Below, one piece after another: positions 57,898 to 64,000 of a stretch of 64,000 nucleotides of DNA (position 1 is its first letter; the number at the start of each line of letters is the position of its first letter). The stretch comes from a virus. Its lineage: Duplodnaviria; Caudoviricetes. Below the pieces are notes generated by a model. The model did not search any database. It saw only the letters and a list, made by a program, of their open reading frames with translations, and was not told where the DNA came from. The stretch is from IMG/VR virus record IMGVR_UViG_3300042291_001013; one strand, given 5' to 3'. The position numbers and the translations under genes were made by a program.

Positions 57898-58499
57898 TAG
57901 TACCCGGATTGTGCAAGATTGAGGGATTTGTAAAGATACACAACCCCAAAACTGGTGAAGTTCTAGTGGACAAAAAGAACGCAATTCACTATGAAAACAT
58001 TTCAGTGGCCATGGCACAAACTCTTAGTGATCGTGGCCTGGGATACATATACGAAATGGCATTTGGCAACGGCGGTAGCTCAGTAGACCCCACTGGCGTT
58101 ATCACATACTTGCCCCCAAACACCACAGGCCAAAACGCTGACCTGTACAACCAAACTTATTCTAAAGTTGTAAACGATAACTCTGCGGCAGACACTGACC
58201 CGGCCAACAACAAAATGACAGTTTTGCACACAGCCGGCAATGTTTATACAGATATCTTAGTAACTTGTTTGTTGGACTATGGCGAGCCCCCAGAACAGCA
58301 GGCATTTGACAACTCAACCAACTTCAACGGTGAGTTTGTTTTTGATGAACTTGGGCTAAAATCATGGAACGGGGCCGCAGATAATTTGCGCTTGATCACT
58401 CATGTGATTTTCCACCCCGTACAAAAGAGTTTGAACCGTCAAATTCAAATTGACTACACATTGAGAATTCAGACGTTGAGCAATATCAACGCTGTATAA
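57894..58499 (+). CDS. Putative virion structural protein (201 aa)
   Basis: In the late structural operon; MAFGNGG and FDELGL...LITHVIFHPVQKSLNR beta-rich motifs. Confidence 0.6.
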   Translation: MIVPGLCKIEGFVKIHNPKTGEVLVDKKNAIHYENISVAMAQTLSDRGLGYIYEMAFGNGGSSVDPTGVITYLPPNTTGQNADLYNQTYSKVVNDNSAADTDPANNKMTVLHTAGNVYTDILVTCLLDYGEPPEQQAFDNSTNFNGEFVFDELGLKSWNGAADNLRLITHVIFHPVQKSLNRQIQIDYTLRIQTLSNINAV

Positions 58500-58526
58500 A
58501 TATAGAAATAGGAACAGGTAACTGAC

Positions 58527-60317
58527 ATGGCTTATGTAATTAACTTAACTGACGGCAGCACGTTTGCAACAATCGCAGACGGTACCGTCAACACTGCCAG
58601 TAGCATGATATTGGTGGGTAAAAACTACGCCGGTTACGGCGAGTTTTTAGACGAAAACTTTATTCACTTGCTAGAATGTGGATCAAACACCACAGCACCG
58701 GCAGCACCGCTGACTGGGCAACTGTGGTGGGACAAGACCAACAACTTGCTCAAAGTCTATAACGGCACAACATTTAAAACAATTTCAGCGGCAACTGCAA
58801 GTGCAACAGCACCTACTTCCAACGTTGCTGGTGACCTGTGGTACGATTCAGTTAACCAACAGTTGAAAGTCTACACTGGAGCGGCATTTATTGTAGTTGG
58901 TCCAGCATTCACAAGCTCACAAGGTACTACTGGTGCTATTCCTGAAACCATTAATGACTCTGGTTCCACCCCGCACTTTATTACCAGCTTGTATGTTAAC
59001 TCAACACGAGTAGCTATTGTTAGTAAAGACGCCAGCTTTACCCCAGCGGCACCTATTAACACAACCTTTCCCACAATCTTTTGCGGTATCACACTGGCCA
59101 GTTCTGGTCTGGGTGCCACTGCTGTGTTTGCTGGTAGTGCAACCAACGCCCAGTTGCTTGACAACTTGGACAGCACTGACTTCATGCGAGCCACAGCCAA
59201 CACTGCAACCACTGGTACTGTCAAGGTATTGAATGACACTGGTTTCTTTGTTGGTACAGCCAACGTATTCAACGTCAACACCACAGCCACTGATGCCAAT
59301 ATCAAGAGTGATATTTCAGGCGGTAACTTGCGTATTCAAGCCAACGTGGGCGGAACTACATTTACTGTGGCTCAGGCCCTGGGTGCCACTGGTGTATTTG
59401 CCGTGAGCAATGCAATGACCGTGGGCACCACAGCCAGCGTGACTGGTAACATCACTGGCGGTAACATTGTCACTGCTGGTTTGGTAACATCAACTGGTAA
59501 CGTTCGTGGTGGTAACATTGTTAGTGTTGCAACAGTTTCGGGCGTTAGTATTGTGGCCAGCGGTAACGTTGACGGCGGTAACATTCAAACTTCTGGTTTG
59601 GTCAGCGCCACAGGTAACGTTACATCAGCCGCTAATATTGCTGGTACATATTTCATTGGTAACGGTTCGCAACTGACAGGCTTGAGCTTGGGTGTTAGCG
59701 TTACCAAATTCGTTAACGGTACCACTGAAGGTAACGTTGGTGCCACAAACGGTAACATCAACTTCAACGTGGGCGGTGTAGCCAACGTTGTGGTAATTGA
59801 CACAAACACTGTGTATGCCAACATTGTTAGTGTGCGATCAATTGCCAAGACTGGTACCAACGCAGTTGGTAACATTGGTTCTAGTTCCAACTACTTTAAC
59901 CAAGTGTTTGCCACAGCCACAACAGCCTTGTACGCTGACGTTGCAGAACGCTTTGAAGCTGATGAATTGCTTGAGCCTGGCACAGTTGTTGAACTGGGCG
60001 GTGTCAAAGAAATCACACGTTCCACAACTGATTTGAGTGAAAATGTGTTTGGCGTGATAAGTACTAGACCAGCATACACCATGAACGGTGGCGCAGGCGA
60101 AGATGACACTCACCCCAAGGTAGCTATGACTGGTCGAGTACCAGTAAAAGTCATTGGCTACATCAAGAAAGGCGACAGATTGGTGTCTGCAGGTGAAGGC
60201 CTAGCAAGATCTGCCGCACCTGGTGAAGCAACAGCTTTCAACACAATTGGCCGAGCCTTGGTTGACAAACACACCCCAGAATCAGGTACAATTGAAGCTA
60301 TTGTAACAATAAAATAA
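58527..60317 (+). CDS. Tail fibre-like protein with C-terminal peptidase G2-like intramolecular chaperone
   Basis: GN(I/V)TGGN and GNGSQLTG repeats; ADVAERF...GVIS..PAY...GRVPVKV...KGD.LV C-terminus; TATAAATA at 58495-58502. Confidence 0.7.
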   Translation: MAYVINLTDGSTFATIADGTVNTASSMILVGKNYAGYGEFLDENFIHLLECGSNTTAPAAPLTGQLWWDKTNNLLKVYNGTTFKTISAATASATAPTSNVAGDLWYDSVNQQLKVYTGAAFIVVGPAFTSSQGTTGAIPETINDSGSTPHFITSLYVNSTRVAIVSKDASFTPAAPINTTFPTIFCGITLASSGLGATAVFAGSATNAQLLDNLDSTDFMRATANTATTGTVKVLNDTGFFVGTANVFNVNTTATDANIKSDISGGNLRIQANVGGTTFTVAQALGATGVFAVSNAMTVGTTASVTGNITGGNIVTAGLVTSTGNVRGGNIVSVATVSGVSIVASGNVDGGNIQTSGLVSATGNVTSAANIAGTYFIGNGSQLTGLSLGVSVTKFVNGTTEGNVGATNGNINFNVGGVANVVVIDTNTVYANIVSVRSIAKTGTNAVGNIGSSSNYFNQVFATATTALYADVAERFEADELLEPGTVVELGGVKEITRSTTDLSENVFGVISTRPAYTMNGGAGEDDTHPKVAMTGRVPVKVIGYIKKGDRLVSAGEGLARSAAPGEATAFNTIGRALVDKHTPESGTIEAIVTIK

Positions 60318-60330
60318 GTAGGAAACAGGA

Positions 60331-61287
60331 ATGACATACGTATCCGCAGGATTAATACAGGCCACAGACTACAATGGTTTTGTAAGTACCAATGGCGCCA
60401 ACGTCAATGCTATTTGGAGTACCGGCACTAGTGATCGTGGATATGGTCAATCTGCTATTACCACGGTAAGCGCCGCAGGAACAGTGTCAGCTACACAATG
60501 GGCCAGTTTGGTAAACACATTGGCTTCAATTGGCAGTCAGCAAAACACATCAATTGTTCCTAGAACAGCACCAACTACCGGTACGCTGGTTAGTATTTTG
60601 CCCACTATCAGCACTGACATCACCAACCTAACAACGTTAAGAAACAATGCTGTGGCAGTGGGTGCTCAATTTACCGGCTGGTCAGGAACAAACTCAAAAA
60701 CAGCCGCAACATCGGGCGCTACCTGGACCATTACTTTTACCAATACAATTACCTGGGCCAGTGCAGATGCCGCACGTTACTTCTTCAACGCTGGCGGATT
60801 GGTCAAACTAGATGTAAGCAAAACTGCTACTGGTGCGCTGGGCGATCCTGAATGGAACGACTTGGCCAACACGCTTTGCGGTGATATCTATATTTCTGGC
60901 GCGGCAGCCAGCCATACCATTGCTGGCACAGCATACACCGGCGTGACCAAGGTTGGTGGTGCTGGTTTACCAAACACCCTGGCAACTACTCTGGGTTGGT
61001 ACAACCTTACGACAACAAACCAAATTATCTACAAGCAGTTTGCTGACACAGCCCCATACACCAACAACTTTATCCAACATTCAGCACGTACAGCTGGAAC
61101 AGGTACACAGTTGATCATAACCACATTATGGTCAGCTAGTGACGGTGATGCAATTTCGGGTGGTACTGCAAGTTCGGGTGCAACACCTGGCACAGCACCA
61201 ACAACCATTGCCACCTATTTCCCGCCCAGCACAACTTATCTAAGCAACAGCTGGGGCACACCCACTGTAGCGGCAACAACAACTTAA
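60331..61287 (+). CDS. Thr/Ala/Gly-rich virion structural protein (318 aa)
   Basis: Follows the fibre gene; TAAGTA at 60315-60320 overlaps the upstream stop; followed by a terminator. Confidence 0.6.
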   Translation: MTYVSAGLIQATDYNGFVSTNGANVNAIWSTGTSDRGYGQSAITTVSAAGTVSATQWASLVNTLASIGSQQNTSIVPRTAPTTGTLVSILPTISTDITNLTTLRNNAVAVGAQFTGWSGTNSKTAATSGATWTITFTNTITWASADAARYFFNAGGLVKLDVSKTATGALGDPEWNDLANTLCGDIYISGAAASHTIAGTAYTGVTKVGGAGLPNTLATTLGWYNLTTTNQIIYKQFADTAPYTNNFIQHSARTAGTGTQLIITTLWSASDGDAISGGTASSGATPGTAPTTIATYFPPSTTYLSNSWGTPTVAATTT

Positions 61288-61290
61288 TCC

Positions 61291-61318
61291 AAAAAGGGGC
61301 AATTGCCCCTTTACTTTT
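61291..61318 (+). terminator. Intrinsic terminator ending the structural operon
   Basis: AAAGGGGC-AATT-GCCCCTTT palindrome followed by ACTTTT. Confidence 0.8.
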
Positions 61319-61338
61319 CCCTGAAATTTTGTTATAAT
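61310..61338 (+). promoter_or_regulatory. Sigma70-type promoter overlapping the terminator
   Basis: TTTACT (61310-61315)-N17-TATAAT (61333-61338) with extended TG. Confidence 0.6.
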
Positions 61339-61343
61339 ACAGC

Positions 61344-61652
61344 ATGGATACCAATGCCTTGATTGCTCACGCACGAGCAAGATTTAATCATGCGGCTTCA
61401 AAACGGCTGCTCAAAGAAAAGTACGAAGCTCGGATGCTGTTTGCCTATGCTGGCGGCATGTGGCGTGCTGGCCCAGAATTACTGGCCCTGCTACAAAGTG
61501 TGCCTGTTGAAGATGATATTGTGTTACTGGACTTGTATGAAAATCCTGTAAAAGTATCACCACTAGAACTACAACACCTAGCAATGCAACGTTGGCAAGA
61601 GCAAATGAATGCTTGGTTAGTAGAACATGAAGAAAATGCTAGCAAACGATGA
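61344..61652 (+). CDS. Hypothetical protein (102 aa)
   Basis: First gene after the promoter; ATGA overlap with the next gene. Confidence 0.65.
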   Translation: MDTNALIAHARARFNHAASKRLLKEKYEARMLFAYAGGMWRAGPELLALLQSVPVEDDIVLLDLYENPVKVSPLELQHLAMQRWQEQMNAWLVEHEENASKR

Positions 61653-62479
61653 CTACTGGCGCACTGATATTTGCATTCGACAATGAACAAACCGATTATG
61701 TTGCTATGGCTGGATGGAGTGCTGAAAACATTCACCGGCACCTTGACATTCCAGTGGCCGTTGTTACCAATGCCCCAGACCAAGCACGAGCGTACTCAGG
61801 AATTGATAGAGTCATTGAAGCGGTACCTGAATCTGGGGGAACCCGTTATTTTGAGGATTATCAAAGTACTGTTACATGGCACAACGCTGGTCGTGTGGAC
61901 GCCTATGCGCTTTCGCCGTGGGAACGGACCTTGGTACTAGATGCTGACTATGTTGTGGCCAGTTCACAGCTACGTCCAGTTCTAAACAGCAATCAAGAAT
62001 TTTTGTGCTACAAAAATGCCATGAGTGTAAACGGTGATCTAGACGGGCTCAATGTATTTGGGCAACATCGTTTTCCCATGTGGTGGGCTACAGTAATGTA
62101 TTTTCAAAAATGCAACCATGCCAAGTTTGTATTTGACAGCATGAATATGATAAGACAAAACTGGCAACACTACCGTGATATATATGGCATTGATCGCAAA
62201 ACATATCGCAATGACTTTGCGCTGAGTATTGCACTGGGAATAGTAAGTGGGCACACTCTGGACGTAGATGAGATTCCTGGGTCTTTGGTCAGTGTCATGC
62301 CTGAACATAGATTAACAAAACTAGACAAGGATTTTTATCAAGTACAGTATGCTGACACCCAAGGAAAGCCACAACGTGTGGGCCTGGCAGGCATGGATTT
62401 TCATGCCATGGGCAAACGAGATTTAGGAGAGATAGTTGAGACCGATAGCAGAACAAGGCTTCTTGATAGTTGCCATTAA
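61649..62479 (+). CDS. GT-A fold glycosyltransferase-like protein (GT8-like)
   Basis: YALSPWERTLVLDAD (DxD) and NDFALSIAL motifs. Confidence 0.6.
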   Translation: MTTGALIFAFDNEQTDYVAMAGWSAENIHRHLDIPVAVVTNAPDQARAYSGIDRVIEAVPESGGTRYFEDYQSTVTWHNAGRVDAYALSPWERTLVLDADYVVASSQLRPVLNSNQEFLCYKNAMSVNGDLDGLNVFGQHRFPMWWATVMYFQKCNHAKFVFDSMNMIRQNWQHYRDIYGIDRKTYRNDFALSIALGIVSGHTLDVDEIPGSLVSVMPEHRLTKLDKDFYQVQYADTQGKPQRVGLAGMDFHAMGKRDLGEIVETDSRTRLLDSCH

Positions 62480-63221
62480 CACACCCGAATGTAACTATGT
62501 GAATTGCGCCGATTCCTTGGCCAAGAGCATCAAGTACTATCATCCTGACGCTCAGATTTGCCTGCTTACAAATGAAGATGTGCAACCAAGCAAGATGATT
62601 GATTATGTTCGCCCGTTTCCCTATCCCTTGGTAGAGGATGCTTGGGCCAATGACTGGCAAGTGTTCCGTGCCAGTCCTTTTAGAGAAACAATCAAACTAG
62701 AAGCAGATATGCTGATCACCAGACCCGTGGATTACTGGTGGACTATCTTGCGCAACCGTGATGTTGTAGTAAGCACAGGCTGTAGAGATTGGCAAAACCG
62801 CCGTGCCAGTTCGCGTCACTATCGTCAGGTGTTTGATGCCAACAACTTGCCTGACGTTTACAACGCTATTACATACTGGAGACTGAGCAAAACTGCACAG
62901 GAATTCTTTGACACAGTGCGCATGATCTTTGAAAATTGGGCGGACTATCGTGCGCTGTTGAAGTTTCCTGAAGAAAAAGCCAGCACAGATGTTGTCTACG
63001 CTATGGCGGCCAATATTATTGGTCCTGAACGTTGCACCATGCCCTTTGCCAGCTACCCACAAATTGTACACATGAAGCGCCATGTCATTGCCGGCCAGCG
63101 AGAAAAATGGCAAGATGAATTGCTGTGGGAATACAATGATTACATCATGCGTATCAATACCATAATGCAGTGGAATCCATTTCACTATCATCACAAAGAA
63201 TGGATCAATGACACAAGATGA
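62436..63221 (+). CDS. GT8-like glycosyltransferase paralogue (TTG start)
   Basis: ASPFRETIKLEAD aligns with LSPWERTLVLDAD of the upstream gene; STDVVYAMA corresponds to RNDFALSIA; AGGAGA SD before TTG. Confidence 0.55.
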   Translation: MRPIAEQGFLIVAINTPECNYVNCADSLAKSIKYYHPDAQICLLTNEDVQPSKMIDYVRPFPYPLVEDAWANDWQVFRASPFRETIKLEADMLITRPVDYWWTILRNRDVVVSTGCRDWQNRRASSRHYRQVFDANNLPDVYNAITYWRLSKTAQEFFDTVRMIFENWADYRALLKFPEEKASTDVVYAMAANIIGPERCTMPFASYPQIVHMKRHVIAGQREKWQDELLWEYNDYIMRINTIMQWNPFHYHHKEWINDTR

Positions 63222-63543
63222 ATTTTTAAACATCTGGCTGGACGTTCCCAAGCCCCAGCCAGTGTTTTATCGACTGTATCACGACAGCACTGGTGTGCCG
63301 TTATTCTACAGCATGGAAGATAGCCCCGGTACATACATTGAAATAGATCAAGCGACCTTTGCTCGCAATCAATTCAACGTGCGAGTACGGGACAGCAAGC
63401 TGGTAGAAATCACCTGGAAGACTTCTGCTAAGTTAGTGCCCAGTGATACAGGAACACCGTGTCATCCACAGGATGTCACAATAGTTGTTGGTGAAGACAA
63501 CCCACATCAAAAATGGAGCAAGAGAATATATGAAGGAAATTGA
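63208..63543 (+). CDS. Hypothetical protein (111 aa)
   Basis: Overlaps both neighbours in the same operon. Confidence 0.6.
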   Translation: MTQDEFLNIWLDVPKPQPVFYRLYHDSTGVPLFYSMEDSPGTYIEIDQATFARNQFNVRVRDSKLVEITWKTSAKLVPSDTGTPCHPQDVTIVVGEDNPHQKWSKRIYEGN

Positions 63544-64000
63544 CGTTGCAGACCTAGACTGCATCTATCTAAGCTATGATGAACCTAACCGAGAAGAATT
63601 TTGGGTCAAGATTAAAAACATGGTTCCCTGGGCCAAGCGTGTGGATGGCATCAAAGGATCAGACGCCGCACACAAAGCAGCCGCCAGGGCCAGTGACACT
63701 GATCGTTTTGTTCTTGTTGATGGCGATAACATCCCTAACGGAACTTTTTTTAATCAAACGCTGGTACTTTCTACGCCGGAACATGAGAATGCTGTGTTCC
63801 GCTGGCGTGCTCGTAATCATATCAACGGATTGATGTATGGCAATGGTGGCCTCAGTAGTTGGACACGAGAATTTGTGTTGAACATGAAAACACACGAAGC
63901 CAGTGACGGAAGTGTTGACACCCAAGTTGAGTTTTGCTTTGATCCCTTGTACTGGGCCATGCATGATTGCTACTCAACAACATATCCCAATGGATCCCCA
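63530..64000 (+). CDS. Putative GT-A fold nucleotide-sugar transferase, truncated at the right edge
   Basis: Manual translation MKEIDVADLDCIYLSYDEPN...AKRVDGIKGSDAAHKAAA...FVLVDGDN (DxD motif); not in the ORF track because its stop is outside the window. Confidence 0.55.
   Translation, partial: MKEIDVADLDCIYLSYDEPNREEFWVKIKNMVPWAKRVDGIKGSDAAHKAAARASDTDRFVLVDGDNIPNGTFFNQTLVLSTPEHENAVFRWRARNHINGLMYGNGGLSSWTREFVLNMKTHEASDGSVDTQVEFCFDPLYWAMHDCYSTTYPNGSP

Noticed and set aside
270-63964. Many 60-215 aa ORFs in the track that overlap long genes on the opposite strand or in another frame (e.g. 1999-2601, 10753-11331, 15136-15780, 52722-53507, 62697-63251)
   Set aside because: They are shadow frames of biased codon usage in the real genes, with no SD, promoter or recognisable motif.
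1-64000. Stop-codon reassignment
   Set aside because: Code 11 yields intact full-length conserved proteins, including a 15.4-kb ORF, and TGA/TAA fall at expected gene ends.

Overview
This is a 64-kb, almost gap-free segment of a large T4-related myovirus genome (standard genetic code). There is no recognisable tRNA, rRNA, CRISPR array, integrase or transposase. Left part, mostly minus strand: two Gly/Asn/Thr-rich fibre genes, three sugar-transferase-like genes, and the head module (portal gp20, small core proteins, protease gp21, scaffold gp22, capsid gp23) next to a tape-measure-like protein with an M15-type peptidase. Middle: a plus-strand operon (gp26-like, gp51-like, then four translationally coupled accessory genes ending in an MTA/SAH nucleosidase) converges on a minus-strand operon (late sigma factor gp55, gp47, gp46, three radical SAM enzymes, a GIY-YIG protein). 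The two operons meet at a 440-nt ORF-free, helix-rich interval. Right part, plus strand: the baseplate module (1337-aa repeat protein, gp53-, hub-, gp5-, gp25-, gp6-like genes, a 5135-aa giant), fibres and further glycosyltransferase-like genes. Best leads: (1) a candidate large structured ncRNA starting at the GIY-YIG stop codon (19296-19740); (2) a T-TTT-TTC -1 frameshift that would fuse the gp26-like and gp51-like ORFs, as in lambda G/GT; (3) a stand-alone ATE/Bpt-like aminoacyl-transferase domain in a coupled operon; (4) a possible virion glycosylation system. All family assignments are from motifs recognised by eye plus synteny; no database search or folding program was run.
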